From contig OZ218965.1 in NCBI GenBank assembly GCA_965112735.1, forward strand, positions 186,001 through 250,000: a stretch of DNA of 64,000 nt, read 5' to 3'. A program made the translations under genes and the position numbers. Source of the stretch: Phaeosaccion multiseriatum. Its lineage: Eukaryota; Protista; Ochrophyta, other classes. The notes beneath the pieces are model-generated. The model saw only the letters and a list, made by a program, of their open reading frames with translations, searched no databases and was not told the origin of the DNA. The first letter of the stretch is position 1. Every line of letters starts with the position of its first letter. Positions 51,301-63,426 of the stretch are shown in pieces.

Positions 51301-54031
51301 GTGAAGTGGAAGAAGCCTGGAAGGTGAAGCTGCAGGAGGACGGAGTCGAAGACGAGGACAAGGAGCTTGCGGATGTGATGCTCCAGTGCGGAGTCAAAAT
51401 GCTGTAAGTACGGGGGGGCTTCGGGGCGAGTGCGTGCGGCATTGAGCGCGCCTATTGGCTGGGTGTGGTTTTGTCGGCGTGATTACGGTTCGGAACAAGT
51501 TGTATCGAGCCCGAGGCAAGAGGGAACCTAAGCACCCGTGGGTGGCGGGGTTAGCTAAATCGCTTTCCCGTGCCTCTCTCATTGTATGTATCTCTCGGTG
51601 GCGTGCAGGGACAGGAACGGAAGACTTGTGGTGGCCGGAGACGTGGAGAAAGGTGCAGCCGTTGTTCTTACAGAGGCGGCCTTGTTTTCCCAGTTGATCA
51701 GTCCGCTCCTGACTCCGGCCGGTGACATCATTACAGACGGTGGTGAAGTGCTACTGGGTCGCAACAAGGTGTGTGTGTGTGCGTGTGCTTGAGGGAGATG
51801 GGAACATGGGAACGAGAGAGGAAAGACTGGAACTTGGCCAGAGTTTAGTGATGTTGTGTCGTCCGTCTGACACGTCTCCCCCCTTGCCCACACTTTTCTC
51901 TTGTTTGCCTCCATCTGCCTTATCCTCGGTATTGTGCCTTGTTTGTGCCCCCCACCGAAGGGACTTTTGACACCCGCACTGAAGCCGAAGCGACAAGTGG
52001 ACGACGGCGACTCTGGACTTGAACTTGACAGGAAGGCGGCCAACAAACTCAAGAAGGATGGCGTGCTGACGAGTGGTTTTGCCGGATCCGTGTGGAACGC
52101 TGTTCTTGTTCGTCACGGGGGGGGCGGGGGAAGGACTTTCGACGAAGGACACGTGGAGGCTCTGCTGGGAAGGTTGGTGGACCTGGGCATCATTTTTGAG
52201 AAGGCTGAGCACGACAATACCCCGGGAGGGGGGGTTGGTGGTGGTGGTGGCACACCTGCCAAGGAGCAAGAGCTCCAATTTGTGGTCTCCCTCCGCATGC
52301 CAGATGCGATGGACAGCTCGAACAAGCGAGCGCAGGCATTAAAGAATGCGGCAGATGCGATCAGTCTGTCGATGAAGGAAGGGGGTTACTTGAAGCAGGT
52401 GCACCTCCAGCTGGAGCGCCCCCCTTCCCCCGGGACCATTGCCAGGCTGGTGTCCACTCTCTCCACCAAGGGACTCGGTGAGGTGGCGGTTGGCTGGAGG
52501 CAAGGGGCGTTGTTCGTCGATGCCAAAGAGGCGTACATGGTCTTCGTCAGCTATGACTGGGAAAACCAACGCTTGTACCTGAAGGTGGCTGGTCAGTGGG
52601 AAGAAGGGGAGAAGCAGGTGAGGAAGAGGAAAGGGCGTCATATGCGTGGCCTGATGTACTCACCGTGCCGTAAATCTGACTCTCCAAGTTTTGCGTACAC
52701 TCGTTTTTATTTGCACGTTGTCAACACTGCATCCACCAAGTGCGACTCTTTCCCGACCGTTGCGATGGGCATGCTGCTCCGGCACACGGTCCACCATCTC
52801 TCCTCCCACAATTGCCGGTGGAAAGCCGTATACGTGGTCAAGGACATCAAGAATCCCCTGAAAGAAGTGTGGGGGCCGCTCTGTGAGGTAAGAGAGAGGA
52901 GGGGGGCGTTGTTGGTTGTACGCCTTGCTTGTTTAATTAACAGTTGTCGAGGCTTCTCTCGTGCCGGATAAGTGTTGCTCTCAGCTTGCGTGCGGCTCAC
53001 ATACATCATAACCTGTGTGTTTTGGGACGGAAACAGGGAGACCTTCAGGGATTCGGGTGTGCGCTGGATGATGATGGAGGCACAAACGAGCGGGGCCTGC
53101 TGTCTGAATATGATGTCGAGCGGCTGATCGCTACACCCGTCTTGAGCCCCCGGTGGGCGCCGCCGACTCTGGCCTTGAATCCCTTTCCAAAGGTGTGGAC
53201 GAGGGTCCTCGAAGATTTCAAAGAGGAGACAGACGAGGAAGAGTTGAAGGGACTTTTCAAACCACTACGGACTTGTGTGAAAGGTTTCGAGAAATACCAG
53301 GTACGAGGCTGCTGCGAGCAAAAGTTAAAAGCAGGTCTGTGTTGACGACTTTGATCTCCGGGCAAACCTGTGTTCTGATGCCGACGAATTCCTCTTGTCC
53401 CTCTCTTCTCTCGAAGGAACGCCTGCGAGAGGCGCGAGCTGGGCTTGACACCGGCGACGAAAGTCTTGCAATGAGGGACGATAAGGGGTACCAGGTCTTC
53501 CTGAGCCACGCCGGGCCGGAGAAGCGGGGCATTGTGTATCTGCTGTACAGATGTCTGTGGCAGAGAGGAATTCCGACTTTCTTGGACGAGGAAAGCCTGC
53601 AGGCAGGAGACCGCGCCGACCACAAGATGCTTCACGTTGCCCGCACCGCTCCGATTGGCGTGGTAGTGCTGAGTCCGTCTTTTGTGTGCCGAGAGTGGCC
53701 TCTTCAGGAGATGAACATCTTCATGGACAGGGCGGCGAAGGGGGAAGCGGCGCTGGTGCCGCTATTCTTCGGACTGACGGTTCAGGAATGCTGGGATACG
53801 GGCAAATTAGAAGACAACCATCCCGGCGTGAAGAAGACATGGGGAGAGTGGAGCCAAGGAGATGGAGGGGATTGGGGCTGGCTTGAGCAGGGGAAGACAG
53901 CGGACGAGCTTGCGAAAGACCTGCTGGGGCGTGTGGGTGAACACACGGGTCTCCGCGATGACCAGCAAGAAGATCTGCTTGCTCTCGCCAAGAGAGTGGC
54001 CAACAAGGTCGAAAGGGCATTGATGAAGTGA
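48353..54031 (+). CDS. ROCO-TIR protein copy C (9 LRR units, diverged paralogue of A)
   Basis: N-cap 48353-48533. LRR exons start at 48798 (donor-dead), 48947, 49096, 49245, 49394, 49543, 49692, 49841, 49991. Cap/G1 exon 50262-50484 (GPTTVGKT), ROC exon 50675-51403 (FFDCGGQQDYH), COR exons, TIR with WPLQEM. Stop TGA 54029-54031. Confidence 0.88.
48798..50062 (+). repeat. LRR cassette array C (9 units)
   Basis: Exon starts spaced exactly 149 bp for units 1-8, and 150 bp to unit 9. Confidence 0.95.
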
Positions 54032-55307
54032 CCTTCTGCAGCGTCGGTGAATCTTCGCTAGCTAACTCTGACTCACACTCTGACTCACACTCTTTGTCTG
54101 CTTACTCCCCAGCCACCCTTGGTGAGAGAGAGAGACGCCAAAGCTTTTTATGGACAGAACGAGAGTAAAATATATTAAAACAGTGCCTCGGGTTTCCGAT
54201 TGGGAGTGAACCACGAGTGGCCTTCTAATCACTCCTTCTGTGTAAGGCGGACAGGCAAGCCCCCCTCCCCTCCCCTCCCCTCTCGAGTCTCTCGCGTCTT
54301 CCGCCGCTCTGTTCGGCAAGCGAGTGAGCGGTAGCGCTATTCTGCACATGCTGGAGAGCATGAGGACCGCCATCGTCGTGTTCAGGCCCTTGCTGCTTCT
54401 GTTGTATCACCACCTGCTGCTACTGCTGCTGCTGCTGTATCACCAACTGCTGCTGCTGCTGCTGTACCACCAACTGCCATCGTCGTGTCCAAGGCTCTTG
54501 TGAGGCGTCCGAGGCCAAAGCCGCAGAAGCGCCGCAGCACCACACCGATTGTCTCCTGAGCCTCGCCCTGACCTTGACCCGGACCCTGACCCTGACCCTG
54601 ACCCTGACCCCGACCCTGAGCATGACCTGACCCTGACCCTGACCCTGACCCTGACCCTGACCTTGACCCTGGCCCTGACCCTGACCCTGACCCCGAGCAT
54701 GAGCCTGGCCCTGACGTTGGCCCTTTGGCCCTGATCGCTTAGATACGCTCCAGGGGCTTGATGCCGAGCAGCTCGAAGCATGTGCCCATGGCTCGCTTCG
54801 TGGCTTGGCACAGCAGGAGGCGCCCGTTCTGTATCACCAACACGGGAGCGTGGGGGGTGGGGGTGTCAGGACAATGGGTAGGGGGTTTCAGGACAGTGGG
54901 TGGGAGGTGCCCGTTTTGTATCACTGACGGGACAGAGCCATGCATACAGCAGCAGTTGGTGATACAGCGTCAGAGACATTGTGTGACAGGCATTGTGGTA
55001 GAGTCAGTCTAGCACCCACAGCAAGTGCCCCACTCAATCCCTCTCATACTCACTCACTCACTCACGCACGTACTCACTCAATCTCACGCACTCACTCACG
55101 CACGTACTCACTCAATCTCTCACCCACTCACTCACTCACGCACGTACTCGCTCACTCACTCACGTCCACTGCCATCCACTGCCATCCCTCCCTCTCCGGG
55201 CGATGGGGCGCTCTCTCGTTTGTTCTGCTCCTGCCCCTTGCCATCCACTGCCATCCTCCCTCTCTGACCCCCCAACGCTCCTGCCCTCCCCCCCCTCCTG
55301 TCCTCAG

Positions 55308-55882
55308 CTGGACCCCGACATGCTGAAGATGTCGTTTCCCGAGTGGAAGCTTTACCTCAAGACGTGCCCCAACGAGGCCGGCAACAGGACTAGGCTCGAG
55401 AGCGGCTTCATGATCGAAATTGCACAGGTCAGTCAGTCAGTCAGTCGGTCAGTCAGTCAGTCAGTCAGTCGGACGGTCGGCCAGTAAGTCAGTCAGTTCG
55501 CCAGTCTGTCAGTCAGTCAGCGAATCAGTCAGTCAGTGAGTCAACCTGTCAACAAGTTGGTCACCAGCGCAGTCAGTAGCGCAGTCAGTGACACGCCCTC
55601 CCTGTCCTGACACCCTGCACTGTGCCCGCCGCTGTCCTGACACCTTGCACTGTACCCGCTGACCCCAAGCTTGACCCCGTGACATTGACATTGACATTGA
55701 CATTGACATTGACATTGACATTGACATTGACATTGCCATTGACATTGACATTGACATTGACATTGACATTGACATGCCGCTCTGCAGCTACCCCTGTCTC
55801 GTGCGTGCTCAGGAGGTTGTTATGGAGAGGCAGAAGAACGTGTGGGTCGATGGCAGCCTAAGGGATGCAGAGTGGTATGAGG

Positions 55883-55914
<32 letters not shown>

Positions 55915-56280
55915 TGGGGTCGTCGTGACATTGACATTGACATTGACATTGACATTGGAATTGCGATTGCCGCTCTGCAGCTACCCCTGCCTCGTGCGTG
56001 CTCAGGAGGTTGTTATGGAGAGGCAGAAGAACGTGTGGGTCGATGGCAGCCTAAGGGATGCAGAGTGGTATGAGGTGCGTGTGTGTGTGGGGTCGGCAGG
56101 GATGAGGGCTGCGCACTCTCCCCGCCGCAGGGGGAGGGAAAGACGGACATAGCTACAGATAGAGAAAGAGAGGGGGAGAGAAAAAGAGAGCGAGCGAGAG
56201 AGAGAGAGAGAGCCTTCCGTCTGCAGGCAGAAGCGTATTGGCCCCTTCTGACTGTGTGTGTATGTGCGTGTGTGTGTGTG
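55308..56280 (+). pseudogene. Copy 3 of the zeta-kinase fragment, truncated at both ends, with a tandemly duplicated exon
   Basis: LDPD exon at 55308; EVVMERQKNVWVDGSLRDAEWYE exon twice (55813-55881, 56006-56074). Homology ends in a (TG)n tract near 56280. Confidence 0.8.
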
Positions 56281-57576
56281 TGGCTGTGTGTGTGGCGTCC
56301 TTCATTTACACGTGCGTGCGTGCAGGCCAGGGCCGCTGTGAAGCAAGCGCGACAAGCAAGGCCAACATGCTGAAGGAAGGAAGTGCTGCTCATGTACCCC
56401 AAGGTGCAAGAGCACGCCTCTCGTCTCACTGACATTCAAACAAGACTGGAGACTGCCAAACATTCCCACCCATATTATGTAGCCGCTAATGGTATACCTG
56501 TTGCATGGGGACGACGAATTACACGCTGAAAGTGGAAAGTGCGAGACAACAGTTGGCGGCAGGGTTTTGGGATATGGCTGGTCCTCGAGTGCACCGACAA
56601 TGGCCTGTTGGATGAGGGACCGGCCGATCCTAGGGAAAAGGCGTTGGCTGAATCGCGCAGCCAATTAGCTAGCTATGTGGAGCTCCACGAGCCCCTCGAC
56701 AAAGCCAGCCAACGCGCACCGCCTAGGTAGGTTTTGTGCCTAGCTAGGATAGGAGATTATCGAGCGCCGGGGCGATTAGAAGCGTGTGATAGGGGCTTAC
56801 TACGCTTGCACTAACCCTAACCCCTGACGCACTATCCGCTATCAGCACTCGCTATCCGCTAGCTATCGCCGGTGCTAGCCGGCACGCTATCCACTATCGC
56901 CGGTGCCAGCCGATCCGCTATCCGGTATCGGATAGCGCGCTATCGAGAATGTGGGCGATAGTGCGTTCAGGGGTCGAACAGGGCTTTTCGCATGGCAATG
57001 GCTAGAGCCGGGAGACGCAAGTGAGAGAACATCCCCAACACGCAAGATGGCACCCAATGGTGTGCGTATTCTATTCTACATTGCGTATGCTCTTATCTAC
57101 CAGGGTCTCGTTCGGAAGAAGGTGGACAACGAGTCCCTCCCCGCCGCGTCTGCTGTAGCACCAACTGCTGCAGCTGCTGCTGGTCCGGCGGAGGACGGTT
57201 TGGCCTTGAAGTGCTTGATAGGGCGGCCCGTGATTTCGTTGACGTGCTGCAGCGGCTCTCCCCACCTTAAGTCAAGGGAGGGTGTCAGAGGGGCGTGGCG
57301 TTGTGCAGGGAGGGAGGAGCACTTCAGCAGAGCGGGTCATTGCGGGCAGAGACAGTTGGGCAGGCATATGGGCAGAGACAGTTGGGCAGCCAGATGGGCA
57401 GAGCCAGTTGGGCAGGCATATGGGCAGACACAATTGGGAAGGCGTATGGGCGAGCAAGCGAAGCGTACCTATCCGTGGGATGGAGCACGTCCCGCTCTTG
57501 AACGTTGAGTGTCATTCTCGGACCTGCTCTCATTGCCGCCTTTCGCCGCGCGTGGCGGTCCTCTTGTCCTGCGATG

Positions 57577-57785
57577 AGAGGGAGAGGGAGAGGGAGAGGG
57601 AAAGGGAGAGGGAGTGGGAAAGGGAGAGGGAGAGGGAGAGGGAGAGGAGGAGAGAGAGGGAGAGGGAGAGGGAGAGGGAGAGGGAGAGGGAGAGGGAGAG
57701 GGAGAGGGAGAGGGAGAGGGAGAGGGAGAGGGAGAGGGAGAGGGAGAGGGAGAGAGAGGGAGAGGGAGAGGGAGAGGGAGAGGGA
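57577..57785. repeat. (GGAGAG)n purine microsatellite
   Basis: Directly visible; explains the ER/RG/GE ORFs in the track. Confidence 0.95.
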
Positions 57786-57813
57786 GTGGGAGAGCGCGAG
57801 GGATGGCCGCGGC

Positions 57814-59204
57814 TTAGTGAGGGGATGAGGTGTACATGTACAACTCAGAGATACTCAAAGATAGCACTGCACTGTCAGTTTGGTTGGCGCTTTTAGTATC
57901 AAGAAGACCCGCAGCCTTTTGGTTGGCCCTTGTTTCTCCCCCTGCTGTCACCGTGAGACGCTACGTTTGCCCATAGGCCTGTCTTCTGCCTCCCTGCCCA
58001 TATGCCTGTCTACCTCCCTACCCACGCGTCTCCCTAGCCCGTACGCACGGCCCATTCGTCTCTCTGCTCCTACCCCACTGCCCTTCCACTGCCTTCAGCC
58101 CTCACACCGTCACACCCTCACACCCTCACGCCCCGCTCCCGCACCTGTGATGACGTCAAAACCGACTCCCATACAGCCCTGCCCCCCTCCCCCGCCCCTC
58201 CTGATGGCCGCTGCACACTCCTGGTCCGTGAAGTAGGTTCCATCCGGCCGGTGCCACCCCCCGAAGGTGGGCTGGTCAACCTGTTGGTGATACAGTCGAG
58301 AGGGGGAAGATAACAGAGAGAAGGGAGGGCATCCATCAGACGGGACACTCCAGCGAGGCGGGCAACGAAACGCTTGGCGAGAGAAGCTTGGCCAGCTTAT
58401 GCACAAGAGAGGACCATGGACGCCCGTGGCCGCCGGCCTCTGCCGCTCACTCGAAGCGGTGCTCACTTTGGGTCGGAGGTCGGGGTGCGTGAACTGCAGC
58501 TCGCCCGTGCTGGTGTCATACGTGTCCTTGTGCTTGCCGAGGCTGTAGTTGGTCCTGTTGGCTGTGAGGCGGCAGAAGCCCTCTTGTGGACGGGAACGCT
58601 CGTACGATGGGGCACCTACTCCCATTGAGAGGCTGAGGGCAGCAAGCAGTGGCAAGCAGGCAAGCAGTGGCAAGCAGGCAAGCAGTGGCAAGCAGGCAAG
58701 CAGCGGGTGAAGTACAAGCCTCCCGGGGTGAGAGGTTCAGGGTGGCGTGAAGTCTGACAAGGCGGAGGGGAGGACAGGACGTGTTGAACGTACGTGGAGC
58801 GCGAGATGGTGTTCCACGTCTCCTTGGGGTCCATGTTGAGGTCCCCCTGGATGATGCGAGTGGATGCGTTCTTGTCGATGCGGGGCACAGGCTTAAACGT
58901 GCTTTGCCCCGCCTGCGCGTTGGCCTCCACATAGGTGGTCTGAGGAGAAAGGTGGGCGGGGGGGAGATTAGCTCGGCAAGAAGGTATGAGGAGAAGGAGT
59001 TGTCGCGGAGGAGGGGGGTGGAAGCTGGTCTCCAGCTACGAAGGAGAGAGTGAGGTAGGAGCGAAGGCAAGGCAGCCACCGGCTCACCGTGTAGGAGGGC
59101 TTGCTGATTCCGATTCGCCAGTTGGTGTCTCCTTGTGTGAACGACGCGGCCGGCTTGGAGCGGAAGCTGGGGGCCAGCTTGCCTCTTCGAATAGAGACCG
59201 CCAT
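57814..59204 (-). CDS. Uncharacterised spliced protein, head-to-head with chlM
   Basis: GT-AG exons join in frame: [14 protein letters not shown]...KPSYT|TTYVEANAQ...WNTISRS|[13 protein letters not shown]...[15 protein letters not shown]...RPK|VDQPTFGGW...FDVIT|G. Start and last exon uncertain. Confidence 0.55.
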
Positions 59205-59396
59205 TTCTTCCCCCTGTTCCAAAAACCCAACACCCTCTTCACGCTCGTTCAGCTCATAGTAGGTGGACAATTTACCGCTATGCAGCTGCACCAAGCTCGA
59301 GAGGGCAAAAAACGAAACTGTGAGAATTTCAGTTTCTTCCCCAATGGCATACGTATCCTGCACAGGCCAACATCAATCAAGATAAACATAGAAACC

Positions 59397-60337
59397 ATGG
59401 GGCTTTCATCGGCGGCAAGGGCGGGCTTGGTCCTGCTCTCTCTCAGCGGGGCTTGCGCGTTCACAGTTAGTCCGGCAGTTGCGGCGCTGGGGGGAGCAGG
59501 ATCAGCGAGCCGCAGGAGCACCAGCAATGGGCAGCAGTGCCGAACGAGGCTGGCAATGAGGTGAGGTTGCGGGGCACCGAAGGTCCTTGAGCGCAGCATA
59601 CATTGCCTTGCTTTCCATGCTGCTGCTGCTGCTGCTGCTGCTTTCTGCGTGGGAGTCTCGTGCGTGTTGCCTACTCGGGCCGTGCTCTGCTGCTGACGAT
59701 GAAGCTTAGTCAAGCACGCTTCACATCCTGAAGGGGGGATGGCTCAGAAGAGTCGCCGATGGGGCGGGCACTCTGGGCGCGGCAGCAGAAGGAGGATAAA
59801 GGGGGGGGTGGTGCGCTGTAGTGTGCCTGCGCGTCTGTATCCTCCCGCGTCTCTGCCGTCCTTTTGCTCAATGGGAGGTCGTGCTCCTGTAGCAGTTGGG
59901 TCGCTCAAGACTTGCGCAGCCCAGCAAATAGGAAAAAGCCTGGCCTGGTGCACAAGGCGACTTGATTAGAACTAATGGTTCTCCCCCTCTTTTTGTGTGT
60001 GCTTGTTCCCTGACTGACCATCTGTGACCATATGTGTGCAGTGCCGCCGTGGACAAGGACAAGGTGGAGGTGGAGGAGTACTTCAACCAGGAGGGCTTCA
60101 GCCGCTGGAACAAGATCTACTCGGAGAGCGACGACGTCAACACCGTGCAGCTGGACATCCGCACGGGCCACGGGCAGACCATCGAAAAGGTGAGGAGCCA
60201 AAAGTATGTGTTCAGTTACAGTTAAGTTGGGAGCCAAGTATGTGTGCAGTTAGAGTTAAGTTAGGGGGGAAGCTCGCCAGCCCGGCAGCCAGAGAACGAC
60301 GCACACACACAGAGAGAGAGAGGGAGAGGGAGGGAGA

Positions 60338-60373
<36 letters not shown>

Positions 60374-63063
60374 CCCCACCAGCCAGCCCGCCAGCCCGAG
60401 GGAGAGAGAGATGTGGCCGACGTCCTACGTGTGTGCATACAATGCTTGACATGTGTGCATGCCATGCTTGACATGTGTGCATGCCATGCTTGACGTGGAA
60501 CCCTCCCTGTCTCTCTCCCCCTCTCTGCGTGTGTGTGCGCGTGTGGCAGGTGCTCGGGTGGCTTGATGACGATAAGTCCGTGGCGGGAAACAGCTTCTGC
60601 GACGCGGGCTGCGGAGGTGAGGGACAGGCAGGCCCAATAGAGGGGAGGGGAGGCCTAACACAAGGGGGGGGATGCCCAATAAAGGAAAGACAGGCCCAAT
60701 GCAGGGAAGACAGGCCCAACAACACAGAGGCAGGCCCAACACAACGGGGGGGGGATGGCCAACACAAGGGGGGGAGGCCCAACACAAGGGGGGGAGGCTC
60801 AATACAGGGACAGACAGGCCCAATACAGGGCAGGCAGGCCCAACACAAGGGGGGAAGATCATATTCGTCTGCACTCGCGCCCTGCCCGTCCTCTGTCCTT
60901 CCTCGCCTTGTGTTGGTCTGCCCTCAGTGCCGTGGCTTAGCGCCGTGACGGGAGAGCGTGTGAGGGTTAAAGCGTCCGTCCTGCCGTCCTGTTCTCACTC
61001 CCTCCTGTCCATCCGGTCCTCCCTACCTCCTCACTGGCGACTTGCCTCTCACCGCTCGTCTGCTCCTCCTACACCCCACCCCGCCTCCACTGAGTCGGTG
61101 ATGGTGATGTTCCCTCAATGACGCTCAACGGCCGCCCCCTCCATCCACTGCCATCCACCCTCCCCCTCAATCCCATCCCATGCCATCCACTGCCATCCAC
61201 CCCCCCCCCTTCAGTTGGCTCTCTGACCCTCCCTCTGGCGCAGAGGGGGGGCAAGCTCTTCTCAAGCGACATCTCCGCCGCCATGACCACGGAGGCAGAG
61301 GTAGGCGCCATCTGTGACACGCCTCGCCAGCTATTTTTCACTTCCAGTTTATTGGTATTCGTCTGGGAGGGCCAGACGAGTCGGCACAGAAACGTGTGTG
61401 GCACTGATGCTTGGATGGTTCGATATTGCAGGTCGATGTCGACATTGGGCGGTGCGATGGATAGATTCATTCTCTGACCTGCTGTGAAGTGAACGATTGA
61501 TTCTTGCTCGTGGCTTGTGCCCCCACGACACCGCCAAGTGCGTGACCCCATCTCGTACCGTGTACCACCCGGTACCATCCGGTGCCATCCCCCCTGACTC
61601 CTGACTCCTTCCTTCCCATCTCTCCCGCCTGTTCCATGTCGATTTTGCCCACCTTGGTATCTGTATCCAAAAGGCTCGAGCGAAGGCCAGCCTGGGCGAA
61701 CTCGCCGAGAACTGCAAGTTCACCACGTCGGACCTTGAGTCCCTGTCCGGCAATTACGACAATGTGTGCTGCATAGACGTTATGATCCACTACCCCACAG
61801 ACAAGGTCAGTCACTCACAGATGGCGGGGGATGTTGGAGCACGCACACGCCCACCCACACGTTGGAGCTTGCTGTTCTCCCACTCACTCACTCACTCACT
61901 CTCTCACTCACTCCCATCACTTGTTGTCCCCTTCCTATTCTCCCCGTCGTTCCTCCTCCGCCCTCTCTGCCCTCTGCCCATCTGCCTCCAGATGTCCGAG
62001 ATGGTGACCAAGCTGTGCAGTATGGCCGACAAGCGCGTGATCATCTCCTTCGCCCCGGACTCGTGGTACTACTCCTTCCTTAAGAAGGTACCTGCTGCAG
62101 CCTACGTAACTTACTTACGTACTTGCCTGCCTGTCTGTATGCCTCCCCTCTGCGTGTCCACACCTCGCCATCTGTGACCCCTCCCATCGCGCCCAAGGTG
62201 TTTTCAAGTCATGGACTGAGCGAGTCATGGACCTAGCGATCACTCCCTTCCTCTCCTCCGGTTGTGTGCTGCCTACTTAACTAACGTACTGCCTGTGTGT
62301 GCGTGCGTGCGTGCGTGTGCGTGCGTGTGCGTGCGTGTGCAGATCGGAGAATTCTTCCCCGGCCCCTCCAAGACCACTCGCGCGTACTTGCACAAGGAGG
62401 AGGCAGTCACCAAGGTGAGTCACCCCATCGCGTGTGTGTGCGTGTGTGTACGTGTGTGTGCGTGTGTGTGTGCGTGTGTGTGCGTGTGTGTGTGCGTGTG
62501 TGTATGTGCATGTGTGCGTGTGTGCACGGGAGGGGGGTGACCCTCCCTCTCCGTTACCTCTCCTTCCGTCCTGGTGGTGTGGCTGAGGAGCCCCTCTCCT
62601 GAAATGGGCAGGCATATGGGCAGGCATACAGACGGGCAGGCATATGGGCAGGCATGTGGGCAGGCATATGGGCAGGCATGCGGGCAGGCATGCGGGCAGG
62701 CATGTGGGCAGGCATGTGGGCAGGCATATGGGCAGGCATATGGGCAGGCATGTGGGCAGGCATGTGGGCAGGCATATGGGCAGGCATACAGACGGGCAGG
62801 CATATGGGCAGGCATGTGGGCAGGCATGTGGGCAGGCATGTGGGCAGGCATGTGCGCAGGCATGTGGGCAGGCATGTGGGCAGGCATGTGGGCAGGCATG
62901 TGGGCAGGCATACAGACGGGCAGGCATACAGACGGGCAGGCATATGGGCAGGCATGTGGGCAGGCATGTGGGCAGGCATATGGGTAGTCTTACGGGTCCT
63001 AGGCCGAAGGAGGACGGGACGCTGTTGGCCTCTCTGTGTGTGGCGGAGAGTAACCCTAGTGGT

Positions 63064-63111
<48 letters not shown>

Positions 63112-63426
63112 GTGTGTGTGTGTGTATATATATGTGTGTGTGTATATATATATATGTGTGTGTATGTGTGTGTGTGTGTATATATATATGTGTGTGTGTG
63201 TGTCGGAGAGGGACGTGATTGGTCTTTCTGTGTCGAGTGCTGTGGAGATATCAATGTGCGGCTCTCTCACGGACACTTCTATCTTGTGTGTGTACGTGTG
63301 TGTGTGTGTACGTGTGTGTGTGCGCGCGCTCAGGCCCTGGCGGACGCAGGCTTCAAGGTGAAGCGTAACTCCATGACCTCCACCAACTTCTACTACTCAC
63401 GCCTGCTGGAGGCCGTCAAGGAGTAG
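59397..63426 (+). CDS. chlM: Magnesium-protoporphyrin IX O-methyltransferase, plastid-targeted
   Basis: Eight exons (59397-59560, 60042-60189, 60550-60616, 61215-61300, ~61674-61805, 61992-62087, 62343-62414, 63334-63426). Motifs VEEYFNQEGFSRWNKIY, QLDIRTGH, CDAGCG, SDISAAM, CIDVMIHYP, IGEFFPGPSKTTRAYLH, FYYSRLLEAV. Signal peptide ends ...GACA-FTV (ASAFAP-like). Confidence 0.96.

Noticed and set aside
20094-54031. Diversity-generating retroelement or dedicated recombinase driving LRR variation
   Set aside because: No reverse transcriptase, recombinase or template/variable repeat pair recognisable in the window; changes are not adenine-restricted.
56811-56823. Telomere
   Set aside because: Only two CTAACC units, interstitial.
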